DNA of 64,000 bases, from the sequence record LR588166.1. The stretch is one strand, 5' to 3'. Shown piece by piece: positions 9,677-19,444 of this stretch. Below the pieces are notes generated by a model, which was given only the letters and a program-made list of their open reading frames with translations, had not been told where the DNA came from and made no database searches. Position numbers and translations under genes: made by a program. Position 1 is the first letter of the stretch. Each line of letters begins with the position of its first letter.

Positions 9677-10195
9677 ATGGCAATGCGTGTCATTATTACT
9701 GGTTGTAACGGTTATGTTGGTAAAACAGTAAGCAAATACTACTATACATTAGGATATAATGTCGTGGGATTTGATTTAATTAATTCAAAAAATAGTTACA
9801 TAACTAATTTTTATCAAACTAGCTATGCATCTAGTATTGCAGAAGATATAATACTCGAATCTGATGCAGACACGCTTATTCATTGTGCTGTAGAAAAAAG
9901 CAATACATTACAACAACATTTCTACCACAATAGTATTCAATTTATAAACTTATTATCAGTATTAAAAAATACTTCTATAAAAGAAATAATAGTATTTAGA
10001 AATAAAAGTGCAGAAAATAATGATGCCCTTTTAAAACTCTCTAATAACACTAATAAAGACTATTTAGAAGAATTTTCTAAATCGACAGGAATTAGTTCAA
10101 AAATATATAATTTGTTAGATAAGAATAATGAACAACACATTATAGAATTAGTACAACCGTATTTAGAATTAAGTAAACACTTTTATATATTTTAA
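9677..10195 (+). CDS. Truncated NAD-dependent epimerase/dehydratase-like (SDR) protein
   Basis: N-terminal VIITGCNGYVG Rossmann motif, VVGFD, LIHCA. Only 172 aa and no clear YxxxK. Confidence 0.65.
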   Translation: MAMRVIITGCNGYVGKTVSKYYYTLGYNVVGFDLINSKNSYITNFYQTSYASSIAEDIILESDADTLIHCAVEKSNTLQQHFYHNSIQFINLLSVLKNTSIKEIIVFRNKSAENNDALLKLSNNTNKDYLEEFSKSTGISSKIYNLLDKNNEQHIIELVQPYLELSKHFYIF

Positions 10196-10206
10196 GGAGA
10201 CATTAT

Positions 10207-10641
10207 ATGTACGATAAAAACTTTGTATCAATGGATCAAATGCCAGTTATTGTCAGTGACTTAGTTAGTGATATAGACGAAGCAGGAATTTCTCCTAAAG
10301 TTATTATTGCTATTAGCAAAGGTGGACTAATTCCTGCCACTATGATTAGCTATTATTATGATTGCCCTATCGTAACATACGATCCGGTAGAAGATTGTTT
10401 TAGTACAAATAATGATATAAGTTCTGAATGCATTATCGTAGATGATGTTATCGATACAGGCAATACTGTAAATTCTGTTATTTCTTTGCTAGAAGACGAA
10501 TTCTTTTTTACGAAAGAAGACATTAGTAAAATTAGAGTAGCATCAATATTTGCAACAAGAAATAATACAATTGTAGATTTTTATCATGACGAAATAAGTT
10601 ACCATGATTCGGTAAGTTTTGAATTTAAACAATTTATTTAA
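10207..10641 (+). CDS. Type I phosphoribosyltransferase (purine PRT-like)
   Basis: IIAISKGGLIPA and the PRPP loop CIIVDDVIDTGNT. Confidence 0.85.
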   Translation: MYDKNFVSMDQMPVIVSDLVSDIDEAGISPKVIIAISKGGLIPATMISYYYDCPIVTYDPVEDCFSTNNDISSECIIVDDVIDTGNTVNSVISLLEDEFFFTKEDISKIRVASIFATRNNTIVDFYHDEISYHDSVSFEFKQFI

Positions 10642-10654
10642 TATAAAGTTATTC

Positions 10655-10683
10655 TTTACTTTTAGTATGATTGCGTTTATAAT
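10655..10683 (+). promoter_or_regulatory. Sigma70-type promoter
   Basis: TTTACT-17 nt-TATAAT upstream of queE. Confidence 0.55.
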
Positions 10684-10711
10684 GTATATTATAAAATAAA
10701 GCGGATTATGT

Positions 10712-11584
10712 ATGAAACACAGATATACTGAAAAGTTTTTCTCAGTCCAGGGAGAAAGCCTACATACCGGAAAACTATGCACTTGGCTTAGATTTTTCGG
10801 ATGTTCGTTGCAATGTAGGGGCTTTGGACAAAAAGAACCCGGAAATCCCGAAACATGGGTAGAACAACGACCGGATTTAATAGATGTAACAAACATTACA
10901 GATTATAAACAATTACCGACTCCTAAGTATGGATGTGATTCAGACTATTCTGTATTTGCTAAATTTAAACATCTTGCAACAGAAGTCGATCCTGTTGTAG
11001 TTGCAAATGAAATAAAACAATTAATTCCTAGTAAAACATTTGGTAAAAAAATAGGTCATGTATTTACGGGCGGAGAACCGTTAGTAAACCAAGAATCTAT
11101 AGTAGATATAGTAAATTATTGGATAGATACTAATGATTATCCTGCATGGATAGGAATAGAAACAAATACAACTAGACCGTTAGAAAAATGCTTAATCGAT
11201 TTAGTTAACAGATGTAAATCGATTGGTGTGCAATTTTATTTTTCTATGTCACCCAAACTACTTCATGTAGCAGGTGAACAACCCAAACGAGCTATCCATA
11301 TAAATTTAATGAAGGAATATATAGATATTGCACCGGATAGCTATCTAAAATTTGTAGTAAATGAAGATCAGCGATCGTGGGATCAAGCAAAAAGTATAGT
11401 AGACACATTAAATGCTGACGGGTATTTACCAGATGTGTGGGTTATGCCAGTCGGAGGCATTTATTCCCAACAAACAGACCCAGTAATTGGAAGACTTGCA
11501 GATAAAGCTATCTTCGAATACGAATGGAATGTTAGTTTACGTGTTCACGTATTAACCTGGGGTGACGATCAACTAGGTAGGTAA
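10712..11584 (+). CDS. queE: 7-carboxy-7-deazaguanine synthase (radical SAM)
   Basis: EKFFSVQGE, LRFFGCSLQC...GCDS, FTGGEP, IETN, SPK, KFVV, VMPVG, SLRVHVLTWG. Confidence 0.88.
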   Translation: MKHRYTEKFFSVQGESLHTGKLCTWLRFFGCSLQCRGFGQKEPGNPETWVEQRPDLIDVTNITDYKQLPTPKYGCDSDYSVFAKFKHLATEVDPVVVANEIKQLIPSKTFGKKIGHVFTGGEPLVNQESIVDIVNYWIDTNDYPAWIGIETNTTRPLEKCLIDLVNRCKSIGVQFYFSMSPKLLHVAGEQPKRAIHINLMKEYIDIAPDSYLKFVVNEDQRSWDQAKSIVDTLNADGYLPDVWVMPVGGIYSQQTDPVIGRLADKAIFEYEWNVSLRVHVLTWGDDQLGR

Positions 11585-11588
11585 AACC

Positions 11589-12008
11589 ATGAACCGTATT
11601 ATCCTTTCTGTAGTGTTTAGTTTAATATCGTTGCATGCAGTATGCGGAGAAAATAAATCCCATATAAATCCATATCTTCATGGAAAATGCGTCGGGATGG
11701 TTACTAAACTGTCTGAATATGCAAATACCGAAGTATTAACTTTAAAATTGTATAATATAGGTCAGGTACTTCATGCATACGGCAAATACACTGCACTAAA
11801 ATCGAATAATGCAGATACAGCACTGTATGATCAAGGATTAGTTGACGGAAGAGAAACAGTTTCTAAAAATATAGAAAATAACAATTTTAATGTTTTAGTA
11901 AAATATTATGAAGATAATTGTCTAGAAATATTTTACAAATCTGCAGACTGGTTATATCATAATAACATACACCAGTTCAATAAATTAACGGATATTTTTA
12001 ATAAATGA
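11589..12008 (+). CDS. Hypothetical exported protein
   Basis: Signal-peptide-like N-terminus MNRIILSVVFSLISLHAVC. Confidence 0.6.
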   Translation: MNRIILSVVFSLISLHAVCGENKSHINPYLHGKCVGMVTKLSEYANTEVLTLKLYNIGQVLHAYGKYTALKSNNADTALYDQGLVDGRETVSKNIENNNFNVLVKYYEDNCLEIFYKSADWLYHNNIHQFNKLTDIFNK

Positions 12009-12616
12009 AAAAAAGATTATTTCCATTTTGGTTATGGCCATATAGCTGGGGATTACCTGCTAAACAGAAAGCTATTGCAAAAGCAGAGTATTATCTCGAA
12101 GGAGAAGAATTAGATAGGGAATTAGTAGCACTATCGAATGCAACAAGCAAAGCCAAAGAAATTGAATTATTACATATTGATTTTAAATATGGTAAAATAA
12201 CAGAATACGAATACGATGTTGCTTTAGCTAAAACTCAATACGATCTGGGCCTGGCTTTAGACTTAAAATTAGCTGATATAGATTTAAAGCATCATAAAAT
12301 AAATGAAAGGGAACATAGCAAACGAATTGCTACCTTAAGAAAGTTACCTTGGGTAGATATAATAAAGATAGGCTTGTCTTCCTCTGATATTTCGACAGGA
12401 GAAATGGAATTAGACTGGAATGAATATTTTATAGAAGAATTGCACGAATACGGATATGTAGGTAGGACTGATGAAGAAGTAGTAAATTTATGGTTATCTA
12501 CTTTATGTAAAAATATTGCATTAGACGAATTCGGTGGAATGGGATCTGTAGACGATCTTTCAGAAGATAATGACAAAATAGATAGCAAAGAAAACTATAA
12601 AAGGGAATTTAAGTAA
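12005..12616 (+). CDS. Hypothetical protein
   Basis: ATGA overlap with the upstream gene, coupled to the RNase H gene. Confidence 0.7.
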   Translation: MKKRLFPFWLWPYSWGLPAKQKAIAKAEYYLEGEELDRELVALSNATSKAKEIELLHIDFKYGKITEYEYDVALAKTQYDLGLALDLKLADIDLKHHKINEREHSKRIATLRKLPWVDIIKIGLSSSDISTGEMELDWNEYFIEELHEYGYVGRTDEEVVNLWLSTLCKNIALDEFGGMGSVDDLSEDNDKIDSKENYKREFK

Positions 12617-13602
12617 TGTCTAAAACTTATATTTTAATCGATACATTCAACATGTTTCATAGAGCAAAACATGTAATCAGGTCCTCCTCGTTAGATGAAA
12701 AAGTAGGCATGTGTCTTCATGTAATGTTTAACAGTATACGCAAAGTATACAGAGACCATTCTGCAGATCATGCTGTGTTTTGCATAGAAGGCAAATCTTG
12801 GCGGAAGGACTTTTATAAAGAATATAAGTTCAACCGAACAGCAGCTAGAATGGCAAGAACAGAAGCTGAAATCGAAGAAGATGCTGCTTTAATGGAAGCA
12901 TATAACGATTTAATTACGTTCATTAATGATAAAACAAATTCTAGCGTACTACATCACCATAAAGCAGAAGCAGATGATATGATAGCTACTTGGATTCAAA
13001 ATAATCCAAATGATAATCATATTATTGTTAGTTCAGACAGCGATTTTTTCCAGCTATTAGCACCTAACGTTAAAATATATAATGGAATTACAGAACAACT
13101 AATTACATTAGAAGGTTTCTTTGATAATAAAGGTAAACCTGTAATTGATAATAAAACAAAGAAACCAAAAGTGGCTCCTGATCCTAAATGGTTATTATTT
13201 GAAAAATGCATTAGGGGAGATAAATCTGATTTTATTTTTGCGGCGTACCCGGGTGCAAGAGAAACTAGTTCTAAAAATAAAGTAGGCATGCGTGAAGTAT
13301 TTGCCGATATGGATAATAAAGGTTACGCATGGAATAATTTTATGTTGACAAAAATTACAGATTCTGCTGGTAATGAATTTGTTGTTCACGATAAGTACGA
13401 ATTTAACAAAACATTAATTGACTTAACTTGTCAGCCAGATGATCTAAAAACAGAATTTAAAACAGTCGCAGATGTAGCTCGTAATAAACCGCCCGTATCT
13501 AACGTAGGCATCCATTTTTTAAAATTCTGTAATAGATGGGCACTAGAGCAAATCTCTAAATATCCGGACGAATTTGCAAAACTTCTTAATGCTAAACCAT
13601 AA
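12616..13602 (+). CDS. rnh: T4 RNase H-like 5'-3' exonuclease/flap nuclease
   Basis: ILIDTFN, EGKSWRK, KFNR, EADDMIA, VSSDSDF, GDKSD. Confidence 0.9.
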   Translation: MSKTYILIDTFNMFHRAKHVIRSSSLDEKVGMCLHVMFNSIRKVYRDHSADHAVFCIEGKSWRKDFYKEYKFNRTAARMARTEAEIEEDAALMEAYNDLITFINDKTNSSVLHHHKAEADDMIATWIQNNPNDNHIIVSSDSDFFQLLAPNVKIYNGITEQLITLEGFFDNKGKPVIDNKTKKPKVAPDPKWLLFEKCIRGDKSDFIFAAYPGARETSSKNKVGMREVFADMDNKGYAWNNFMLTKITDSAGNEFVVHDKYEFNKTLIDLTCQPDDLKTEFKTVADVARNKPPVSNVGIHFLKFCNRWALEQISKYPDEFAKLLNAKP

Positions 13603-13604
13603 TT

Positions 13605-14063
13605 ATGAAATTAAAATCATTAACTGAAACTTCGTGGATTGTGTTAGACAACCAGGGCGATAAAGTAGGTATACTTACTAGAACCAAAGAAAAGCTCAAT
13701 CTAATGACTCCTGGCGGATCTATGTTATTCGATACGCAAGATGATGCAAATACATTCTTCGGTGAAGATATATTCAGTAATATAGTATATGTTAGCAAAA
13801 CAGAAGAAGTGTTCGAATTAGATGGATGGCCAGTATCTACTGCTAACCCTGTCAGGGCACAATCAGTAAATAATCTTCCATGTTACACTAAAACAGAGGG
13901 AGGAAAATCAATACACTGTGCCGGATATTATAGTATTAAATTTCCTGGATCATATATAAACAGTTTTTGTCCTAAACTTTCTACATTAGAAAAATACGAG
14001 TTTAGTGGACCTTTCAAAACTGAACTCGAAGCAAGAGCAACAACCAGTATTAATAAAAAATAA
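13605..14063 (+). CDS. Hypothetical protein
   Basis: Colinear ORF. Confidence 0.7.
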   Translation: MKLKSLTETSWIVLDNQGDKVGILTRTKEKLNLMTPGGSMLFDTQDDANTFFGEDIFSNIVYVSKTEEVFELDGWPVSTANPVRAQSVNNLPCYTKTEGGKSIHCAGYYSIKFPGSYINSFCPKLSTLEKYEFSGPFKTELEARATTSINKK

Positions 14064-14074
14064 GGAAAATAAAA

Positions 14075-14365
14075 ATGCTCGATAACTATGAACTATTAGC
14101 AAAACAAGAATTAGAATCTATGTATAAAAACGTAGTATATGATTTAGGTGCCGACATTCCCACGACATTCTTTAATATTAAGTTATCCGAGCACATAGTT
14201 CCTAACTCAGAAGCAAATAGAACATTTATAAACAAATATACTAACTTAGTGCATGGTGAATGTATGGAATTAGTTTGGTATAGGGCAGTTTGTACAACAG
14301 ATTCCAAAACAAATAATCTAGTTGTATTAAAATTAGAACGTTGCAGTTCTTATCAGGAAATTTAA
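14075..14365 (+). CDS. Hypothetical protein
   Basis: AAGGA RBS, colinear. Confidence 0.65.
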   Translation: MLDNYELLAKQELESMYKNVVYDLGADIPTTFFNIKLSEHIVPNSEANRTFINKYTNLVHGECMELVWYRAVCTTDSKTNNLVVLKLERCSSYQEI

Positions 14366-14367
14366 TT

Positions 14368-14913
14368 ATGAACAGAAGAAGTTATGATCCCGATTTGTTT
14401 AAACAAATAGAAGAAGACGTAGACTGTTATGTGTTTAAACACGAAATATTTAAAGATATCTATTTGTTTATGGATGGTTGGGGTCAAAGTCACAGAACAA
14501 ACGGTCCTGCTCTTATAATTCCTAATGTATGCGAAGTTTGGTATAATCATGGAAAGATACACAGGGATAACGGTCCTGCATTTTTTGAAATTACAAAAGA
14601 CAATGAAGTTAGATATTGTTGGGTTTTAGATAACAATATAATTTCATGCAAGGAACAATATGATAACGTATTAGGCACAGAAGCATATGGTGCTTGGGTA
14701 GAAGCAACATTAATAAATCATCCTAATTTTTTGGTATTTAATACTAACTATATAACTCATGATTATGTATCTACTGCAAAGAATAAGTATATGCTCGGAG
14801 CTATTGATATGAAAGAAGATAATACTAAATGGGCACAGTTGGGTTCGCAACACGATATATATAAAAATTTTAAACCAATTTGGATGTCGGAAGAAGAATG
14901 GATCAATAGCTAA
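14368..14913 (+). CDS. Hypothetical protein with HRxxGPA repeats
   Basis: HRTNGPA and HRDNGPA repeats. ATG 14368 is chosen over the track start. Confidence 0.7.
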   Translation: MNRRSYDPDLFKQIEEDVDCYVFKHEIFKDIYLFMDGWGQSHRTNGPALIIPNVCEVWYNHGKIHRDNGPAFFEITKDNEVRYCWVLDNNIISCKEQYDNVLGTEAYGAWVEATLINHPNFLVFNTNYITHDYVSTAKNKYMLGAIDMKEDNTKWAQLGSQHDIYKNFKPIWMSEEEWINS

Positions 14914-14915
14914 TA

Positions 14916-15116
14916 ATGACGTTAGTAGTATTGTACATAATAATCCAATCTATTTTAGTAGGTATACTGCATCATTTAGCTATAAGAAATCTTGTATTAA
15001 AAGAAAATTGGTTATGTGTATTTATACTATCGACTATATTATGGATATTATGGCCTATAGGTTATCTAATATCGTGTATATACGCAATGTATATTAAATA
15101 TAAAAACCCTGTATAG
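14916..15116 (+). CDS. Small membrane protein
   Basis: Two hydrophobic segments. Confidence 0.6.
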   Translation: MTLVVLYIIIQSILVGILHHLAIRNLVLKENWLCVFILSTILWILWPIGYLISCIYAMYIKYKNPV

Positions 15117-15132
15117 TCTATACAGGGTTTTT
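15102..15132. terminator. Bidirectional terminator hairpin
   Basis: AAAAACCCTGTATAG / CTATACAGGGTTTTT. Confidence 0.75.
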
Positions 15133-15192
15133 ATATACCCAGTAAATTATAAAATCAGATAAATAATACGATGGCTATTACTGGAGATATAT

Positions 15193-15486
15193 ATGGCACG
15201 TCCAAAACCTACTATCCTTGTTGAACATGTAGATCCAAAAACATATAAATCTGAGCAAATACTCGAAGCTGAAGCTGTGTTTGCTGTATTTTATAAAGGC
15301 GAGCCTATCAATATACGGTCACAGAGTGCATTGATAGATTATGCTCCTAAATATAAGAAATCTACATTTGTTAACCCGGGCCATGCACTTAATTTGGCTG
15401 AACGTTTAAATGAAATGTTTAAATGCACTGACTTTACTGTTCATAAATTAATTGCAGGAGAAAAATACACCGGTGAAGAATACTAA
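15193..15486 (+). CDS. Hypothetical protein (late promoter upstream)
   Basis: GGAG RBS, GATAAATA at 15158. Confidence 0.8.
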   Translation: MARPKPTILVEHVDPKTYKSEQILEAEAVFAVFYKGEPINIRSQSALIDYAPKYKKSTFVNPGHALNLAERLNEMFKCTDFTVHKLIAGEKYTGEEY

Positions 15487-15823
15487 GCTTAGAGATTCAA
15501 TTTTCTCTTATTTAAGAGAAAATAACGAATCTTTAACTGAGTTAACAGATATAGAACTTAATCGTTTTATATTTGCACACCCTTCTAGTTTTAGACTGTC
15601 GTATGATGGTCTAAAACTATTTTCAAAACTATTCACTTCTTATACCTACCATATAGATTTTAAAATAACTTTCAGACAAAGATTGCTATTAGGTAGGCAT
15701 CTAAAATTTCCTTATTATTTTAGTGATAAAAGATTAATATTGTTTTCATACGACGATTCTTTATATTTAAATTTAATAGGCGATATAAAACTCTGGTTAG
15801 AATCGTTCGAACATAGTGTTTGA
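15452..15823 (+). CDS. Hypothetical protein
   Basis: Colinear ORF, start uncertain. Confidence 0.6.
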   Translation: MQEKNTPVKNTKLRDSIFSYLRENNESLTELTDIELNRFIFAHPSSFRLSYDGLKLFSKLFTSYTYHIDFKITFRQRLLLGRHLKFPYYFSDKRLILFSYDDSLYLNLIGDIKLWLESFEHSV

Positions 15824-15848
15824 CATATTTTAAATACTTTTATAAAAT
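15820..15848 (+). promoter_or_regulatory. Sigma70-type promoter
   Basis: TTGACA-17 nt-TAAAAT. Confidence 0.65.
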
Positions 15849-15877
15849 TACAGTATATAAAGTGCTGTAAAATTGTC

Positions 15878-16252
15878 ATGAAAAAATCTAAATCTATCAC
15901 TAGAGCCGAAAACAAAAAACATCAACAATATATAACTAATATGAAATTAGGTGGCAATCCTAATAAGTACGGTAAATCTAATACTTATAAAAAACCTAAT
16001 ATAGAACTAAGTCCTAGTATACCTGCATGGGCTACTACACTATCAGAATACAAAAGCATAGAAACAAATAAACCTATAAACAATGCTATTCCAGTCAAAT
16101 ATGAAGACGAATTTGCAATAAGAGAAGAAATTGCATTAAAAGAAAAAGAACGTAAAAAACAATTTGTTGCAGTAGCTTACAACAAGGGCGGATATGTATA
16201 TTTAGGTGAAAATCCACCCGATGAAATTGTTAAATCAATTGGCAAAAAGTAA
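15878..16252 (+). CDS. Hypothetical basic protein
   Basis: ORF downstream of the promoter. Confidence 0.7.
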   Translation: MKKSKSITRAENKKHQQYITNMKLGGNPNKYGKSNTYKKPNIELSPSIPAWATTLSEYKSIETNKPINNAIPVKYEDEFAIREEIALKEKERKKQFVAVAYNKGGYVYLGENPPDEIVKSIGKK

Positions 16253-16262
16253 AGGAACATTT

Positions 16263-16571
16263 ATGTTCTGCACACTACTAAACTTCTTTAAAAAAGATGT
16301 AAAGGTATATGCTGTAGTGGTACTTGCTCCTGGCTTAATTTGTTATCTAAGCAAGTTAAATAATTTCGATTTAAAGATGGCAACAAGAATTTCTGGTTCA
16401 AAATATAAATTAGACGAAAAATTAATCGAAATAATTACTAAAGAAGATGCCATATTAAAAATGATATCGGGAGAAATTACTAAAGATGGTAAAAACTATG
16501 TTCGCTTTGTAGAAATACCAGATCGTCTTAGACAAGTATTAAAATACCATTACATCGCAAATGTGATTTAA
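16263..16571 (+). CDS. Hypothetical protein
   Basis: AAGGA RBS before ATG 16263. Confidence 0.6.
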   Translation: MFCTLLNFFKKDVKVYAVVVLAPGLICYLSKLNNFDLKMATRISGSKYKLDEKLIEIITKEDAILKMISGEITKDGKNYVRFVEIPDRLRQVLKYHYIANVI

Positions 16572-16594
16572 TAGAAAAATATCTAAAAAGGAAC

Positions 16595-17146
16595 ATGAAT
16601 AGTATAAAAATGAAATATTACACTAAATGGTTTTTGATGACACACAGAAATAAAATGTATGATTTTAAGAATCTATCATTTTATATATTACTAGTAGGAA
16701 ATGTAGTTTTTAATCCTATTATAGCGAGTTTCTTAATTATTCTCAAAATAATGCAATTATTGCAAAATAAACCAGAATATTTAGATACTATCCCTGTGCT
16801 TAATGAAGTATTTTATATGTTTGTTGCTGAGTTAGTTTCTATATCTTATCGGTTTATAAATAAAACACCCGATTATGAAATATTTCATTCTTCGTTTAAC
16901 AAAAGAAAACCAAAACAACATAAAAATAATACATGCAAAAAAAGAAATGATCGCTGTATCGGGGAAGAAACAATTAGCAGTAAAAGATCATCATTTTATA
17001 ATACAGGTGTTAAACTATATAAAGACAGCAAAGATAAAAGAAAACGATATGCTTATCCTAGGCATTCCGGTCCGCGTGGCTCCTGCTGGTATCCTACATT
17101 TAGACTTCCTAAATATTTTAAGAGAAAAAAGAAAAAAGGGCTATAA
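16595..17146 (+). CDS. Hypothetical membrane protein with a basic C-terminus
   Basis: Hydrophobic segments, AAGGA RBS. Confidence 0.55.
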   Translation: MNSIKMKYYTKWFLMTHRNKMYDFKNLSFYILLVGNVVFNPIIASFLIILKIMQLLQNKPEYLDTIPVLNEVFYMFVAELVSISYRFINKTPDYEIFHSSFNKRKPKQHKNNTCKKRNDRCIGEETISSKRSSFYNTGVKLYKDSKDKRKRYAYPRHSGPRGSCWYPTFRLPKYFKRKKKKGL

Positions 17147-17348
17147 TTGCCCTTTTTTAATGATTAAAAAATTACGTTTTACTATGTTGACTAACTATAT
17201 AGTTATTTGCTTTAATAACATCCTGCTTTGCAAAACAACAAATAATAGCATTCATAAAAATTGTTAATTATGTGTTGTTTTAAAAGCTACAAGCTGTAAA
17301 ATGTAGGTGTTAAACAGCAAAACATATTCAACCACAGAGGCATTATAG

Positions 17349-18464
17349 ATGGCTAAAAAAGAAAACATCGTAGAAACATATCTTCGTCCGACGGAGTGTG
17401 CTGCAATTATCCGCGGCATGTTCAAGGCGAAGCGTCCTGTGTTCCTCTGGGGTCCGCCGGGGGTAGGCAAGTCGGATATCATCGCCCAGTTGGGTTTCGA
17501 GGCTGACCGTCCGGTCATCGACATGCGTCTGATCCTCATGGATCCCACTGATATTAAGGGCATTCCGTACTACGATCCGAAAACCAATACCATGCGCTGG
17601 GCTATTCCGTCCGATCTTCCGCAACCCGGCGAAACTACCCTGGACAACGCCATCCTGTTCCTGGACGAAATGAACTCGGCGCCGGCGAGCGTTCAGGGCG
17701 CTGCATATCAGCTTATCCTGAACCGTGCCATCGGTTCGTATAAGCTGCCCGATGGCGTCGACATTGTCGCTGCTGGTAACCGCGATACCGACAAGGGCGT
17801 TACTTATCGTATGCCTAGTCCGTTGGCCAACCGTTTCGTTCACTTGCAGATCGAAACCAACTTCGAGGACTGGCAGCAGTGGGCGCTTAACAACACGGTA
17901 CACCCGGATGTAGTCGGCTACCTCACTCAGCACAAGCAGAACCTGTTCTGCTTCGATCCCCAAGATCGTAGCAAGGCGTTTGCTACTCCGCGAGCCTGGA
18001 AGTTCGTGTCCGACATCCTCCAGCTCGCAGGAATCAACAAGGACCACCTGCTACGTGCGACTATCGCAGGAACCGTCGGCGAAAGTCACAGCTACTCCTT
18101 CATGCAGCACATGAAGTATGCTTCGCAGCTTCCGAAGCCGGAAGATGTACTAACCGGCCGGGTAACCGATCTCAAAGTCGAAGAGATCAGTGCTCGTTAC
18201 TCGCTCGTGGTCAGTATGTGCTACACTCTAAAAGAGTGGCTGGCTGACGTAGCTGACGCCGACAAAAAGTACACTACCGAGGATTGGCACAAGTCGGTAA
18301 ACTTGTTCTTCGAGTACATGATGAACAACTTTGCCCAAGAAATGGTCATCCTCGGCGCGCGTACTGCGTTGCGCGAATACCAACTGCCGATCAACAGAAA
18401 GTTGATCCCTTGCTTCACTAAGTTCTTCCAAGAGTACGGCAAGTTTATTGTCGACTCGAACTAA
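17349..18464 (+). CDS. MoxR-type AAA+ ATPase
   Basis: Walker A GPPGVGKS, Walker B LFLDE, AAGNR, PLANRF. GC-rich codon usage. Confidence 0.92.
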   Translation: MAKKENIVETYLRPTECAAIIRGMFKAKRPVFLWGPPGVGKSDIIAQLGFEADRPVIDMRLILMDPTDIKGIPYYDPKTNTMRWAIPSDLPQPGETTLDNAILFLDEMNSAPASVQGAAYQLILNRAIGSYKLPDGVDIVAAGNRDTDKGVTYRMPSPLANRFVHLQIETNFEDWQQWALNNTVHPDVVGYLTQHKQNLFCFDPQDRSKAFATPRAWKFVSDILQLAGINKDHLLRATIAGTVGESHSYSFMQHMKYASQLPKPEDVLTGRVTDLKVEEISARYSLVVSMCYTLKEWLADVADADKKYTTEDWHKSVNLFFEYMMNNFAQEMVILGARTALREYQLPINRKLIPCFTKFFQEYGKFIVDSN

Positions 18465-18472
18465 GTAAGGGC

Positions 18473-18505
18473 AAAATAAAAGGGGCTTAAAGCCCCTTTT
18501 ATTTT
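18473..18505. terminator. Bidirectional terminator
   Basis: AAAATAAAAGGGGC-ttaaa-GCCCCTTTTATTTT. Confidence 0.85.
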
Positions 18506-18533
18506 ATATATTCATAGGATACAGAATTATAGA

Positions 18534-18989
18534 ATGAGAACACTAACTTCATCTTTGTTTGTCATTATAATGACATTAGTAAATATCCTTTCTGTAATAT
18601 ATATGTATGTTACTAATGTGCCATTAATTTATATGCTTGTTGCATTTCCTAATCAGTGTGTTATATTATTAATTTCCTGTGTATACAGAAAAATCATAGC
18701 AGAATTTTTTTATATAAAGAGATTTAGTTTTTATAAACTAGAAGTCGTTTTAGATAAGCAAAGAGGGAGCTCAACAAAATATATTTTAAAATTAAATGTA
18801 TTAGGCGAAACATATTATTTCGATTTTCATGACAATTCTTTTTGCTGTCTTCCTATTTATGCAAATTTATATACTAATTCAGAATCATTGGCACTTAAAA
18901 CATTTCAAAATTATGAAGACCAAGCTGAGCTATATAAAAAGAGCAGCGCCATTACTACTGTAATAAAATCTAGTAAAGGTACTAAGTAG
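18534..18989 (+). CDS. Membrane-anchored hypothetical protein
   Basis: Two N-terminal TM segments. Confidence 0.6.
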   Translation: MRTLTSSLFVIIMTLVNILSVIYMYVTNVPLIYMLVAFPNQCVILLISCVYRKIIAEFFYIKRFSFYKLEVVLDKQRGSSTKYILKLNVLGETYYFDFHDNSFCCLPIYANLYTNSESLALKTFQNYEDQAELYKKSSAITTVIKSSKGTK

Positions 18990-18990
18990 T

Positions 18991-19443
18991 ATGAGACTTC
19001 CGTTCAGTAACATATGTTTAATATTAGTACCTTTATTTGCTGTATTGATTACTATATGTATTATTCTAGAATACCAAGAACATGTAGTACTGGCACTAGT
19101 AATAATACCTTTATTAGTATGTGTACTGTCTGCCAGTATATGCGGGATTGCGATATTGTTTTATTTGATGATTCTCTGCGAAATATCGGAAAATAAATAT
19201 TTTACTTCATTCGAAATAGAAGCTATAAAAAGAAAAGGTAAACCTACATTATATTTTATAAAAAAGATATGGCTGTCCGAAATATTTTATTTTAATACAA
19301 AACAAAATAGATTTTCTATAAGAAGACACATACATAGTTCGTATGATTCATTGGAAGAAGCACTAAACGAAATAGAACATATATATAAACAATACACAGA
19401 GACAGAATATAATAAAGTTGTGTTTAAAAAAGGAAAAAATTAA
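18991..19443 (+). CDS. Membrane-anchored hypothetical protein
   Basis: Two N-terminal TM segments, C-terminus resembles the neighbours. Confidence 0.6.
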   Translation: MRLPFSNICLILVPLFAVLITICIILEYQEHVVLALVIIPLLVCVLSASICGIAILFYLMILCEISENKYFTSFEIEAIKRKGKPTLYFIKKIWLSEIFYFNTKQNRFSIRRHIHSSYDSLEEALNEIEHIYKQYTETEYNKVVFKKGKN

Positions 19444-19444
19444 T

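Noticed and set aside
17343-18047. 234-aa minus-strand ORF
   Set aside because: Antisense shadow of the GC-rich MoxR gene, whose codon bias removes stops on the other strand. It has no motifs.
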